DNA from: Octopus sinensis
Lineage: Eukaryota
Direction: 5' to 3'
Length of the DNA stretch: 64,000 nucleotides
Assembly: GCF_006345805.1 (NCBI RefSeq)
Contig: NC_043000.1
Span: 96,348,001 to 96,412,000 of the forward strand
The position numbers and the translations under genes were made by a program. This document shows positions 26,457-39,458 of the stretch, piece by piece; position 1 is the stretch's first letter; every line of letters begins with the position of its first letter. The notes beneath the pieces are model-generated. The model was not told where the DNA came from. It did no database searches and saw only the letters and a list, made by a program, of their open reading frames with translations.

Positions 26457-28846
26457 CACTGGCCTGCATTTGGGAATTTTTAATTTTTATTCATGGGTGT
26501 GATGTTACATATTCTTGGGGTGCTGATTTTAAATATCTAAACCATTTTGCTCTGTCACATAAAGATGTTGAATAAAATTATTAATAATAAAAAATGTGAA
26601 TTTTTAATAAATCATTACTTTATTAAAATGAAACAAGTAATCAAGGAAAAACTCATTCTCTTAGTTTTAAGAACATATGTTTTTCAAATCAACATGAAAT
26701 GAACCATGTTCATTATGAAATGAATCAGAATTATCAACATCAAACCAAATGAATGTAAAAAGTATGCTCCTAATGGTTAGCCTACATATTAATTCAAAAG
26801 AAGGGCCGCTTTGATTTCTGCTTGTGCTGTGCATTGGGACCATCATGTTTCAATGTCCAGTAGTAATCCACCATCATGTTGACATTCTGTTTGCCCTTGT
26901 ATCGAGTTTCCATGCCGCAAATGTCTTGATGAAACCGCTCTCCTTGTTCTTCACTGTAGTCCCCACAATTCTTGGGGAAATCTTCACACTCATTCTAGAC
27001 CCAAGTTGTTGGAAACTTGATATCAGGTCTTGGATCATTTTTTCATTTTCTGGGGAGCTGCTGTTTCTTAAGAAGTTTTGGACACTTTGACACCTGCTAA
27101 TACTTTCTCAAATTGCTTGTCCCTCATCAGTTTCTGAATCTGAGGGCCAACAAAAATTTCTGCTTTTAGCTTGCCTTCACTTATATGAGGACACTTTGAC
27201 TCCAGGTACTTGAAAGCAGATCCATTCCTGTTCAGGGTCTTTGCAAAATTTTTCATAAGCCCTAATTTGATGTGGAGTGGTGGCAGCAGAATTTTTTTTG
27301 GGTCAACTAGTAGCATAGCTTTCATGTTTTGATTTCCGAGTAAGAAGCTGGTTCTTGATGGCCAGTCTATTTGTTCATAGTGTTGGGTGTCTGCCCTACC
27401 ATCTCAAAGACACAGCAAACAGGGATACTCAGTGTATCCCTCTTGAAGACCTAGTAGGAGAGCAATAACTTTTAAATCACCAGAAATGAGAAAATTGTGA
27501 TTATGGTACTTGATTGCCGTTATTATTGTCTTCATATTTTTCTGTGTTTCTGGCATTTGGACACTATGGTCAGTTGGCACAGATTCAGTTGTGTTTGCCA
27601 TTGTAGAGAAGAACAGCCTTTAACTTCTATTAGAAGAATCAATGAAGAGCCTCTATTCATCTGCTTTGTATGACATCCCCATGTGTTCAATAAGGCCAGA
27701 AATATTTGAATAGAAAACTAAAGAATCCTCTTTCTCAAAGAACTGAATGAATTCTGCTTCACGATGATGGTACCAAGCGAATGTTGTTCCAGGAGTTAGG
27801 AGCTTATGTTCCTGCAGTCTAGAGCCAAATAACTGTGCACTTCCTTTTGGAAGGTTAAGGTCTCTAACCAAGTCATTGAGCTCAACTTGGTTAAATGATT
27901 TGGAATCGTCATTTGTTGGTGGCTCATAATCTACTTCCATCTCATTAGTATCACTAGTATCAGACTCTGATTAAATTTCCCGTGTCTCAGGAGGCACAGG
28001 TACAGGTATATCATCTGAGTGTGGAACAGGTCTTATTGTTGAAGGAATATTTGGGTATATTATGTGATCTTTAGTCTTCTTATTTCATTATTGCTCACAA
28101 GGGGCTAAACATAAAGGGGACAAACAAGGACAGACAAAGGAATTAAGTCGATTACATTGACCCTAGTGCATAACTGGTACTTAATTTATCGACCCCGAAA
28201 GGATGAAAGGCAAAGTTGACCTCGGCAGAATTTGAACTTAGAGCGTAACAGTAGACGAAATACCACTAAGCATTTTGCCCAGTGTGCTAACATTTCTGCC
28301 AGCTTGCCGCCTTGATCTTTAGTCTTCTTGTTGAATCCAAAGTAGCAGTCATCATAGTGGTTCATCTGCTCCCGCCGTACCAAAGGGCATACATTTAAGT
28401 TTTCCAACTGACCACATTTGAGGCTTACTGAATCAACTCTTGCAAGCTTTGTGAGGTGCAAATGGCTTGCCCTGGTCTCCTAGTTTGCAACCAAAATAAG
28501 TTAAATAGCAGCACTTCAACAAAGGAGTACTATTGCTCTGGGAATCTGAAGGGGTGAATTACCCACTGACATAGAATATATCTGGCTAATTGATGCAGCC
28601 TCTAGACATTTTCACAGACTGAAAATAAAGAAAAATATATTAGATTTAACATTTAAGTCAATATAAAGTAAGTATTTTAATTTATCATTTACTTATGTTA
28701 AACAAAAAGAGAAAAGTAACATCTCCATATAACTTGACAACCTGATGTGATAGAGATGAATAAAAAACACAATGACTCATTATTTTTCATATATATTCAG
28801 AAAAAGATAGCATACAACCAATAAAAAAAAATCATGCAGACCAGTG
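26457..28846 (-). mobile_element. Full-length decayed Chapaev3-like (CMC superfamily) DNA transposon
   Basis: TIRs CACTGGCCTGCAT / ATGCAGACCAGTG, 3-bp flanks tac / taa; transposase remnants MSRGCIN.PDIF..YFGCKLGDQGKPFAPHKAC, NHYDDCYF, YPNIPSTIRPVPHSD, ISGDLKVIALLLGLQ.GYT, LLPPLHIKLGLMKNF, SEEQGERFHQDI; the family name is from recall. Confidence 0.75.
28082..28312 (-). mobile_element. SINE family B inserted in the Chapaev-like element
   Basis: 17-bp TSD tgatctttagtcttctt at 28065-28081 and 28313-28329. Confidence 0.9.
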
Positions 28847-29412
28847 TAATAAGTTGGATTTAGAGAATCCACATCAGTTTCTTTAGCTGTTTCTTTGAAA
28901 AACCTAGTATTTCTTGGGTTTTGTATAAATTTGAAGGTACATAGTCTAATGCACCTCGGATGATAGGTACAAATTACAAATGAGAATTTATAGTCAGGGT
29001 ACCGGAGCTGTAAGTTCCACATTAATTCACCATAAGTGTTCCCTTTTTGCTTAGGCTTTTTATAGTGCATGTATGTATGTGTGTGTGATGTTTTCTGAGT
29101 AATATTTTCTGCAAGACTTAAGATAGGAGACAAAAATATTATGAGTGATAAGAAGTAGAGCGATGAGTATAATGACTAGTTTCAAGTGTTACTTCTTTTA
29201 ATTAAAGACAACAATATTGTTAGTCATAATGTTGAAACTTGACATTAAACATTTTATCTACACAATTCCTTTTTTTTTGTCTTCTTCTTGAAAAACTAAA
29301 ATTTTTGTTTTAAATCACAAAAATACAAACAAAACAACATGACTTAGTGCTTTTTAAAGTGATATTTGAAAATTAAAAAAAAATCTTTCTTATGTTATTT
29401 ATTTCTATTCAG

Positions 29413-29586
29413 ATGTAGAAAAGTTTCTTGTGGAAACATTAAAAAATGAGAATCTCAGTAGCAGCACAAACAAAAGCCGGAACTTACTTTTGGAAAAGTT
29501 AAATAATTTGAAGCAAGAATACCCTCAGCTTCAAATTGATGTTGTTCCACCAGTAGGAACCAGTCCAAAAAGTGTGCCGAAATCAA
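29413..29586 (+). CDS. SKAP2: SKAP-like exon 2 (dimerisation domain)
   Basis: attcag|ATGTAG...TCAA|gtgagt; DVEKFLVETLKNENLSSSTNKSRNLLLEKLNNLKQEYPQ...; the LK.ENLS motif matches SKAP1/2. Confidence 0.9.
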
Positions 29587-29893
29587 GTGAGTAGTAATTC
29601 TTTCGCTTTTGATTAAAGTATTATATATTATGTATGTGTTAAAACATTTCCAGTATAATAAGGAAATTATTATAATTTGGTCTAGAGTATGCCAAAAATC
29701 AAGTAAAAATGAATTTTTTCTCTTTTAAACAATGAATTATATTATGTAAATACTAAAACAATTTCACTATAATAAGGAATTATAATTTGGTTCCAAAAGT
29801 GTGCCAAATCAAGAATTCTTTCTCTTTTAAATAATGGTTTTTATTATGTTAGTACTAAAACAATTTCAATATAAGGAATTTCTTATAATTTGG
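29564..29893 (+). repeat. Three-copy tandem duplication (about 102-117 bp) spanning the SKAP exon 2 donor
   Basis: Units start at 29564, 29681 and 29792, each with (t)cca/ta.agt.tgcc.aaatcaag...tataataaggaa.tt.ataatttgg. Confidence 0.75.
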
Positions 29894-30621
29894 CACAGTC
29901 TTTATGAATTAAGATGCTGTTCCACTAGCCACATCAAATTTTACTTTAGCCATTTTGTCTTACTTCTGAAGCTGTGGGCATTTAAACTGGCTATATTCAG
30001 CCCAAATATTCTCCCAATTTTGAACTGGCCAGATCCAGTCTCTCACACCTACTCTACAGTGTCATTATAAAAATAAACAATTACATCATTGAAATCTTGA
30101 AGCTATAAGACAATGCATGATTAATTCAAAATATTTGACAGAGTAATATGAATTCTAAGGGATTAAAAAGTGAAGTAAAAATAACTATGCAGTTGCTTCA
30201 TCATCATCATCATCATCATTATCATCATTTAACATCGATTTTCTATGCTGGCATGAGTTGGACAGTTTGCTAGCAGCTGACTAGCTGAAGGGCTATTCAA
30301 GCTCCATGTCTGTTTTGGCATGGTTTCTATGGTTGGATGCCCCTCCTAATGCCAACCACTTTACAGAGTGTACTGGGTGCTTTTTACATGGCACCAGCAC
30401 TTACAAGTCTGCAAGATTAGGGATACTCAGCTGGAGAGGATTCCAAGGGATGAGTCTGTATGCAAGGGCAGCTATGCTTAGCTTAACATGTCTTTTCAAG
30501 CCCAGCAAACCACCAGAAGTCTTGGTCCCCTGTCATCCTCGCTGTGAGGAAACACAAACAAATATAAAATATTAGTCAATGACTAATATTTTAATTTTAA
30601 TTTTGGCAAGTTCAAAAGATA

Positions 30622-30663
30622 ACTCTGGATGTTTCAGAGCTATTATGACCTCATCAGTTGAGT
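30622..30663 (-). ncRNA. Degenerate hammerhead-like motif
   Basis: actcaa CUGAUGA gguc auaaua gcucu GAAAC aucca gagu: both core halves intact, stems II/III damaged. Confidence 0.4.
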
Positions 30664-31298
30664 ACAGACTTCACTGTATTCAAGAGACAGTCATTTAAAT
30701 AAATGTACAATATTTGTTAGTGTAGGAATATGGAATTGTTCTAAGAATATATTATTCAGACAACAGCTATGTAAAAAACAATAGTTAAATTAGTGTTAAA
30801 ATATTTAATCCTTTTTTATTCCAACCCACCTGAGACCATCACAGATTCTATGACACAGACTGCCTGTGAAAAAGTGATCTAAACTAAAACCTCTCATCAA
30901 AATTTCACCAGCTTAATAATGACAATGTTATTTTACTAAATTCTTCATTATTTTCAAAATTAATTGAAACAAAGGAGATGTACTTTAGAAGAAATATGGT
31001 AACAAAAGGGTTAATATATGGAAGATTAAGGACTTACTCAAAATGATTATATGGTAAGGAAAAACAATAGAAGAAAACCAAACTGGACATGCTTAATGTT
31101 TCAATTTTCACTGTTCTGAGTTTAAATTCTGCTAGGATCTACGCTGCTTTTCATAGTTAGTAAACTACCGAGGCTGATTCAGGTGGCCATATCCTACCTC
31201 TTTACTTTAACAGCTATCTTCATCATATTATCATTTAAAACTATGTTGTATTCTCTGTTGTTTTATAAAATATTCCTGGAGTTCTGTTTCCATTGTAG

Positions 31299-31394
31299 GT
31301 AGCAGTGTTGGTTTGTCAGAAGATAGCAGAGATGAGTCTTCATTTACTGGGGGAAGTACAAATACGGAGGAAGATGAAGTTGGATATTCAGACT
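31299..31394 (+). CDS. SKAP2: SKAP-like exon 3 (acidic linker)
   Basis: ttgtag|GTAGC...GACT|gtaagt; SSSVGLSEDSRDESSFTGGSTNTEEDEVGYSD; phase 1-1, open. Confidence 0.8.
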
Positions 31395-32920
31395 GTAAGT
31401 ATTTTCCATGTTTTACATTTTTTTGTATTTATCACAAGAATTTATCACTGTTTTATTGATTTTCTGTTTACAATTTTGGATTTAAGAATGGCATGGTATT
31501 ATTTTCCATTTTCCAACAGAAATATTGGAATGTGAGACATAGCACTCGTAGTATTTTGTCTACCAATTATTCTTGTTTAAAAATAGTTCTGAACTCAAAA
31601 ATATGACTGGATTGTTTATTTTGCTTTCATCTTTCAGAGATTTATAGAATAATTAGTAGGTATGTGCTGGTGTTAATGATTTTAGGTATAGCTGTTTTGT
31701 TAAGAAGTTCACTTTGTAACCACATGATTCCTAGTTCCATCTGAGAGTATGACATTTTGGTCAAATATCTTTTACCACAGCCTCAGGTTGACCAGTGTTA
31801 TGTGAGTGGAATTTGGTAGAGATGTCTGCAATCTACATCTGTGTATGTCAGTGAAGGATGTAAACATTGTTAAGAAATCAACATGCTAGTGTCACACCCT
31901 AACATTTGTCTTCAGGCATTTGCCTTCAGAAATGTAGTAAACTAGCAATCAATTACTGAAAATTCATAATCAGTGATGCCATTGTTCATAAATTGTAGCA
32001 TAAGAGAAAAAACAAACAAAACAATTGACTATAGTTCTCATTTTCAAATAGATCAGAAAATAGATGAGCATGGCTCATACAAACTAAATGAAATTTTGTT
32101 TCATTTTCATTTCTAATATCCTGTTGAATAGATTAAAATTCTACTTAATTTTAAGTAGCTTCTGTTAATAAGATGAAAATGAATCAAAATAATACTGACA
32201 TATTGATGATAAATTCCTTCAAGCTCAGGCAGACGAACTTGCTGTTACCTGGAAAGTGTCCTTTGTGAAACTCTTATATAAATATAAAAGTAATAATAAC
32301 AACATAAGCAGTGAATTAGCAGCACTGTTAGAGTGCTCCATAAAGGCATTCATCATATGTTGCTGCTATATCACATTTAGGGACATTCATAGCATCTATA
32401 TCAAAACCAATGCTATTATATAGCAGTGAAACAAGGACACTGACAAAGAAATTGTCAAATAAGCTAGATAACAACTCCTGCTTCTGGGGTTGATAATATA
32501 AAGTACTGGTCGAGAAATCTGATTTTATTTCTATGGTGCATCCTAGTTGTGAATGGAATTATAACAGAAAACAAGACAAGATATTGTTTTTTTAGGAAAA
32601 ACTATCAATCACCTTATTAATTTCTTATTTTGCATTAAATTGGGGTTGACAATAATTATAGCTTGCAGTGGAAGCAAATATTTTCATTTCTTTTTTTAAT
32701 TATTTACTCTTAGAAGTTGAATACATCCAACTATTGCTAAAACATAACAACGAACAATGAAACATTCATAGGTCTCAAAGTTTTGCTAGTGATCCAACAC
32801 TAACCCTAACTCAGCTGTTAGCATCTAGATTAGTACAAATAATAAAATAATAAAGAAGGAAAAAATTCTCAATTTCTTTCGCTGTATTATTGTTGAAATT
32901 TTGTTTTTCTTTCTTCACAG

Positions 32921-32995
32921 CAATTCCCTTCATAGCTGCCACAGACATTGTAAATCCTACCAAAACCGGTGTTTTAGAAAAGAAACGCAGAAAAG
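32921..32995 (+). CDS. SKAP2: SKAP-like exon 4 (PH domain start)
   Basis: ttcacag|CAATT...AAAAG|gttctg; SIPFIAATDIVNPTKTGVLEKKRRK versus SKAP2 FPPIAAQDLPFVLKAGYLEKRRK. Confidence 0.9.
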
Positions 32996-33109
32996 GTTCT
33001 GTTTTTGAAAAATATATTTCAGATTTGTAATATTTCAGCATATATGTTTTTTTAATTTTATTTGTAACATTCTGATATATCATTGTCCTCATCACCTCAC
33101 ATATATCTA

Positions 33110-33420
33110 TGGCACTCTGTCGGTTATGACAACAAGGGTTTCACTTGATCCAATCAGTAGAACAGCCTGCTCATGAAATTAATGAGCAAGTGGCTGAGCA
33201 CTCCACAGACACATGTGCCCTTAACCTAGTTCTCAGGGGGATTCAGCGTGACATAAAGTGTGACAAGGTTGGCCCTTTGGAATACAGGTACTACTCATTT
33301 TTGCCAGCTGAGTGGACTGGATCAACATGAAATAAAGTGTCTTGTTCAATGACTCAACATGCCATTGTGAATTGAACTTATGATTATGAGCTGAATGCCC
33401 TAATCACTAAGCCACATGTC
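33110..33420 (-). mobile_element. tRNA-headed SINE (family A-related)
   Basis: Reverse complement of gacatgtggcttagtgattagggcattcagctc... with the shared actcagctggcaaaaatgagta core. Confidence 0.75.
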
Positions 33421-34059
33421 TTTATGCACACAAACACACACATAGTGAAGAGTGCTGAAAATTAGTCTTGTGGAACTCACTTCATGGTGATGTAAGAAGA
33501 AGTGCTCTAATCCTTTTAGAAAAATTAAAAAACAAAATAAGTACAATATGCCATTTAAATATATTAATTTTCTTGCACTTTAATTCTCCCCCATTGATTT
33601 ATTAATTTAATTTATTGCACTTTATTTATTGATGAATCTTTTTTTTCTTTATTAGTGTTTTTTCCCCCTTAAATCATACCATACATATTGAATTCATCTT
33701 ATTCTGCTTAGCTAAATTAAAAGAAATTTTGTCTTTAACAAAATATAATCTCTTTTAAATAGAATTAAACCACTGATAATTTCTTTCTTTGTAACTTTAA
33801 TTAACTAGTCTATGTTCCATGCTGATGCCTCTTTCTATAGGCATTAGTATTAGCAACTTGGCCCACCAAATCATGATATATTTTGGTACTACTTGGAATA
33901 TATTCATCTATTTTTATCTATTTTAGCCTAGGTCAGTAAATGTTTAACCATAGTAAAAAGTTTTATTGTATCATGTTTCAATACCACCTTAACTTTATTT
34001 GATTTACTTTTTATAATGATTGTAATTCCAAATTGTCCAGGTGAGACAAAATCAAGTTA

Positions 34060-34480
34060 TTCATTGTAACTGTCAAATCAGTGCTATTATATGGTAGTGA
34101 AACATGTACACTGACAAAAGAAATTATCAAATGGGCTTAGATAACTGCTACACAGAGATGCTACAAATATCTCTGAATGTGAAATGGCAGCAACATGTGA
34201 CAAACAAATGCCTTTTCTGGAGATCTGCCATAAGTTAGTGAGCAGAACAGGAAAAGATGTCTGTGACTGTCTGGTCACTCTGTGCACCATCCAGAACTGG
34301 AAGCATCCAGATTAGTCTTGTGGAACCCTCTTCATGGTGTTGTAAGAAGAAGAAAATGTTGTCACACATCGACAACTTGATTGCAGACACTGATTTGTGA
34401 TGTATCCAAGATATCAAGGCAGTGATGTTGGACTTAGAAGTGTGGTGGATGGACTTTGTTGTTGTGGCCCAGGTTGGAAC
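34060..34480 (+). mobile_element. RTE-clade LINE 3' fragment (a second fragment lies at about 32380-32480)
   Basis: VKSVLLYGSETCTLTK..LDNCYTEML and HPELEASRLVLWNPLHG. Confidence 0.6.
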
Positions 34481-34712
34481 CTGGCCATAAAAAAAAGAAA
34501 AATAGCTAGATTTGGACAGCAATGGGCAGTTTGCTATTACCGGTAGTCTTACTGTATCATGATCCAATACCACCCCAGCCTTATGTGATTTACTTTTTAT
34601 AATGATTGGACAACTGTGGGTAGTTTATTACTATATCCTGATTATTCTATGTCTGACATTCTTCTCAGTGTTGTTTCTCTGAAAAGCATATGCTAGTATT
34701 GATCTTCTAGAT

Positions 34713-35053
34713 CAGGGGTTCTCAACTATTTTTTTTATCTATGGATCCCTTTGATTACTATTTTATTTTGGTGAACCCCCATAGCCAATCAGTGTTTAAA
34801 AACTAGTTCTATAGAAATTTTTTTCAAAATTCCCATTTTGCTTTTCACACATTAACTTGTGTAGGTTGAACTATATAAAATATTTGAGAAAGAAATTTAG
34901 CTGATCCTTGTAATAGATACTTCTAAATCAAAACTTTTTTGTGGTACCTTAATATACTACAGTGGATCCCCAATTTACTATTTTGTTGTATGAACCCCCC
35001 AAAATCTTATATGGATCTTCAGGGACTGTATGGACCCCAGTTGAGAACCACTG
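34713..35053. mobile_element. hAT (Charlie-type) MITE
   Basis: TIR caggggttctcaac / gttgagaaccactg; perfect 8-bp TSD ttctagat. Confidence 0.92.
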
Positions 35054-35059
35054 TTCTAG

Positions 35060-35260
35060 ATTAAAGAAACTTTCCTATGGTGAATTAGTGCAAGGAAAAT
35101 CACAACATATACCCAGAAAAAGAGTCAAAGATGATATCATGCAGAACCTGAACCATATGAAAATTGATTTAAATCATTGAGAAGAGGAAGCACTGGATCA
35201 ATTAAATTAGAGAACAAGGATTATGTCAGCATGTAGAATGTTGAATGAAGAGAGTACATG
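35060..35260 (+). mobile_element. RTE LINE C-terminal fragment
   Basis: KKLSYGELVQGKSQHIPRKRVKDDIMQNLNHMKID resembles the RTE YGEL..G.R..G.P..R.KD motif. Confidence 0.5.
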
Positions 35261-35314
35261 CTGAACTAAAGAGAGCACTAAGAAAAGTAGAATAAACAGA
35301 TGCTAGTAACACAT

Positions 35315-35950
35315 AACTGGCTATGTGGTAAGAAGGTTAGTTCCCAACCACATAGTTCCAGGTTCGGTCCCTTGAGCAAGTGTCTTCTACTGTAGCCTCA
35401 GGCTGACCAAAGCCTTGTGAGTGGATTTGGTAGACAGAAACTGAAAGATGTCCATTGTGTGTGTGTGTGTATATCATCATCATCATCATCATCGTTTAAC
35501 GTCCGTTTTCCGCGCTAGCACGGGTTGGACGGTTTCGACTGGGGTCTGGGGAGCTAGGGACTGCCCCAGGCTCCAGTCTAGTCTGGCAGAGTTTCTACAG
35601 CTGGATGCCCTTCCTAATGCCAACCACTCCGCGAGTGTAGTGGGTGTTTTTTACGTGCCACCTGCACAGGTGCCAGAGGGGTCTGGCATCGGCCATATAT
35701 ATATATATATATGTATATGTATATATGTATATATTTATGTGTATGTGTCTTTGTTTATCTTCCCATCACTGACAACCGGTGTTGGTGTGTTTATGTCCCT
35801 GTAATTTAGTGTTTTGGCAAAAGAGACAGCTAGAATAAGTACTAAGTTTACAAAGAATAAGTGCTGGGGTTGATTTCTTCGACTAAAAATCCTTTTAAGG
35901 TGGTGTTCCAGCATGGCCGCAGTCAAATGGCTGAAACAAGTAAAAGAGTG
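35315..35950 (+). mobile_element. SINE family D interrupted by an RTE-tail element (about 35471-35695)
   Basis: ctggctatgtggtaagaag..ttcccaaccac head; ..gacaaccg.tgttggtgtgtttatgtccc.taa.ttag..gatagaataagtact.. tail; related copies near 5620, 43470, 43940-44560, 53050 and 54660. Confidence 0.75.
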
Positions 35951-36344
35951 TCCTTATCAGTAAATCAATCTATATAAACCACTTGGAGGCTCATGAGAAT
36001 CAACAGGTACAAATTATCAGGTGGCAGCACTGTCCGTACCTTCAGGCCCCACTACATGTCTGGTCTGCAACAAGACATGCAAGACCATTCTTGGTTTAAA
36101 ACACCACCTTGAGTTTCATCAATAATAAATGCTATAAACAAATGAAATTAATTTTGTGCTGACACAAGATCAAATATGTCATTTGTGTCTAATAACATGT
36201 AAGTCATTGGCTGGCCTGAAAAGTCATGTCTGTGTGCATGCAATGATGAAAGTAAATTAGAAAACTCAGGTTGAATGTAAGATGTTTATCATCTGACAAA
36301 ATGAAGCAACCATTGTATATACAAGTATATAGACATACCGTGTC

Positions 36345-36554
36345 CAGTAAGTTCACTGTCATCAATTCACTGCAGGGAGAGTTCACCATCATCAAATCAC
36401 CACATGGAAAGTTCACCATCATCAATTCACCATTTTTTGTTCAATAAAATAGTTTTTAACTATTAATGGTGAGGTATTAGGGATATATTTTTTTGGTGAC
36501 CTTTCCTTGTGGTGAATTTTATTCAGGATGAATTGATGGCAGTGAACTTACCTG
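36345..36554. mobile_element. About 210-bp MITE with 30-bp internal tandem repeats
   Basis: TIR cagtaagttcactgtcatcaattca / tgaattgatggcagtgaacttacctg; 30-bp units start at 36350, 36380 and 36410. Confidence 0.6.
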
Positions 36555-36843
36555 TAATCTAGATATACATACATATATATGTGTACCTCTCTCTCTTAAT
36601 ATATATATGATGTTAAACAATATAGTCATCTCATCCACTCTAGCACAGATTAACAGACTTCAATAAAATGAACTAGCAAATGAACAATATATATATCATC
36701 ATCATTTTATGTCTGTTTTGCATGCAAGCATGGATTGTATATATGAGATTTGTTGTTCAGAGATTAAAACTATTTTTAACATAATAAATGTATCTGTCAT
36801 ATCATTGTGTAATTATTTGTGAATCAATTAATTACTATTTCAG

Positions 36844-36960
36844 AAAATGTACTGCTTTTCAAGTCCTATCAAAAGCGCTGGTGTGTTCTCAAGGATAATA
36901 TTTTATACTATTATGATAAACAGTCAGATAAACGTCAATTGGGTGCTTTTATCCTCAAGG
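36844..36960 (+). CDS. SKAP2: SKAP-like exon 5 (PH domain)
   Basis: tttcag|AAAAT...CAAGG|gtaagt; ENVLLFKSYQKRWCVLKDNILYYYDKQSDKRQLGAFILK. Confidence 0.93.
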
Positions 36961-38765
36961 GTAAGTTTCATTCACCACTTTTTACCCTTTTCTTGTCCTT
37001 TTTTAAATAATGTTTTGAAATTTGTAATTTTCATGCTTAGAGGGTTTGGGTAGGAACTCTCTCTCTCTCTTCATGTGCCATGCCTGTTTTACAAGTATCA
37101 TTAATCATGGTCTTCTATGCAAAAGTCTGAAGATTCATGCATTTTCTTTGTAAAGATAAAGCAGTGATTTCTCATTGTGTTCTACCACTGTGTGACACAT
37201 GTCTAGAGGCCACCTCTCCTCTGTCTTGTGTACTTTAAGCCATAGTAACATCTGCTGCTATTTGACCCATAATTAGGATCTTTGACTGTACCATTGGAGG
37301 ATACCTCTACAATTCTCCAAACTCCTGAACTCTTGATCAAGCAGCCTTATCACCAGATGTGGTTTAATGTCTTTCCTGGGACATTGAATAGGAACATTGA
37401 TGGCTAAGTTAGTGGAGTACTGGACAACTAGCCAAGCGATAAAATCATATCTTCTGACTGGTGTTATGTTGTGTTATGGCTATGCAGACAATGATTATGT
37501 ATAGCTATTGATACTACAGCTGACTTTTTTGTCTGTGGTTTTTATATTTTTCTGGGTTGAGTGTTTCATGGTGTACTCAGGGCTTCCATGAGAAATTTTA
37601 TGAAGTGGTAGTTGTTTCTGGGCTCTACTGGTAGTAGTAGTATTGGTAGTGAAAGGAGAACTCCCCTCAAAATTCAATGTGACTGAAAAGTTTTTCTTTC
37701 TTTTATATTTTTTATGAGAGAGAGGTCCATAAGTATTCATGGAAACTCTTTCTCAGATGTCTGGGCCCTAGATCAAGTTACTGTATGGATCCCTCCCTTA
37801 CAAACCCTGATGGTGCTGCAATTTTGTGTGTGTTTTTCTAGTGTTCTGGAACATGAGTGTTGTCATGTTCTAGGGTATTATAGCATTAACTGGATGTTGT
37901 AATGTTCTGGTGTGTTGTAGTGTTGTTAGATGCTATAATATTTTGAGGGTATTGTAGAGGTATCTGGGCATCTGGAAAAATGATTGTACTCTTAATGGCA
38001 GAGACTGCAAGTGTTGGAATTTAGAATTTTGATATTGATCTTAGGTCGAGAAGTGTTAGAATTTAGTTCAGCAACAAACTGTGCTTCTTCCATCTCCAGA
38101 TGGTCTTTCATTTTTAGTGGTTTGGGCAGCTAGTTGAAGGGTTTGCTGGATTTGTATCTTATCAACACAGTATTATTTTCAGGACCTGAACAATCAACAC
38201 TTCATTGGTGCAGTCCATGTAAGGGAAAATAGATACAATGAGCAGATAAAGCATATGCTATACATACATAGTAGAGACAAGTTTCCAGTGGCTTGTAGTG
38301 GGTTCCGAGTTCAAATTCTTCCCTGAATGTAGCTTAGAGAAAGATGGTTCCTCTTGCCTTAATACTCTTAATCAAAGCAAAATCTTTTAATTTACTCCAT
38401 TTACATGATAATGCATGGCCTAGTGGGTAGGGTGTTGCACTCATGATTGTTAGATCATGGTTTCCACTCTTGGACCTGGTGGTACATTGTGTTCTTGAGA
38501 AAGGCATTTATTTTCACATTTCTCATTCCAATCAGTTGTAAATGAGTTCCAGTAATAGCTAGGAAGCTAACACTGTGGTGTACAAGCATCTTGTCCATGG
38601 TGTAGTGATGTAATTTCAGTCACTTATCTGCTGTGGAAACTGAGTAAAACTCTAGGGCTCATAACAGACCTACTCTAATGACATAATAGATCATGTGACT
38701 CTTCATTAACATCACTTTTAAAATTTGCTTAATTTTTCTTTTCTCTTTTGCATTTTTGCTTTTAG

Positions 38766-38860
38766 ATTATGAAGTAAGAACAAATCCAAATGTGGTAAAA
38801 GAAGCGAGCAAAAAGGAGCTGAGTTTTGAACTTGTGTCTCCGGGAAAACGATCTTATCTG
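38766..38860 (+). CDS. SKAP2: SKAP-like exon 6 (PH domain)
   Basis: ttttag|ATTAT...TCTG|gtaaat; DYEVRTNPNVVKEASKKELSFELVSPGKRSYL. Confidence 0.92.
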
Positions 38861-39238
38861 GTAAATTTTGTTTATAACATTTGTATATATTCTTATATAG
38901 ATAGTATTAGATCTTTCTCTCACATAACACCTCATTCATCTTTATTGCTGTGTGCCATTCTTTTTCCTAAACCCTGATACTAATACCTTCTTTCTTTTAC
39001 CTGTTCCTTCCATACTCTATCTTCCAAGAGTATCTTTGTTATTCTCTACACTACTACCCTCAGCTCACCTAAAATCATCACATTCTCATCTCCCTCTCTG
39101 GTCTATCTCCACGAGCCCAAAATCCTGTCTTTTCTTCAATCATCCTGTTTCCACTGCCATTCTGGATCCTCAGCATCCACATCTTTCTCTCTTTCATGAA
39201 CCCTCCCCATCATATTTTCCTCCATATTTACTCTTTAA

Positions 39239-39458
39239 TCCTTTAGCATTTGGATTATTTTGGTAAATGTAATGCTTATTTATTCACATTGCTCTGAATT
39301 AATCACGAATTGTCTTGTAGCATCAAAATTTTGATGATGTGATTGTTTATTTTTAGAATGACATTGTAGGGTAGGTGTGAGAAGCAAGATCTGGCTAGCT
39401 GGAACATAAAGCAGGCAGAATATTTTGGCTGGATATGGCTGCTTTAAATGCTAAAGGG
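39239..39458. mobile_element. piggyBac-like MITE, family 1
   Basis: TTAA TSDs (39235-38, 39459-62); TIR tcctttagcattt / aaatgctaaaggg. Confidence 0.85.
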
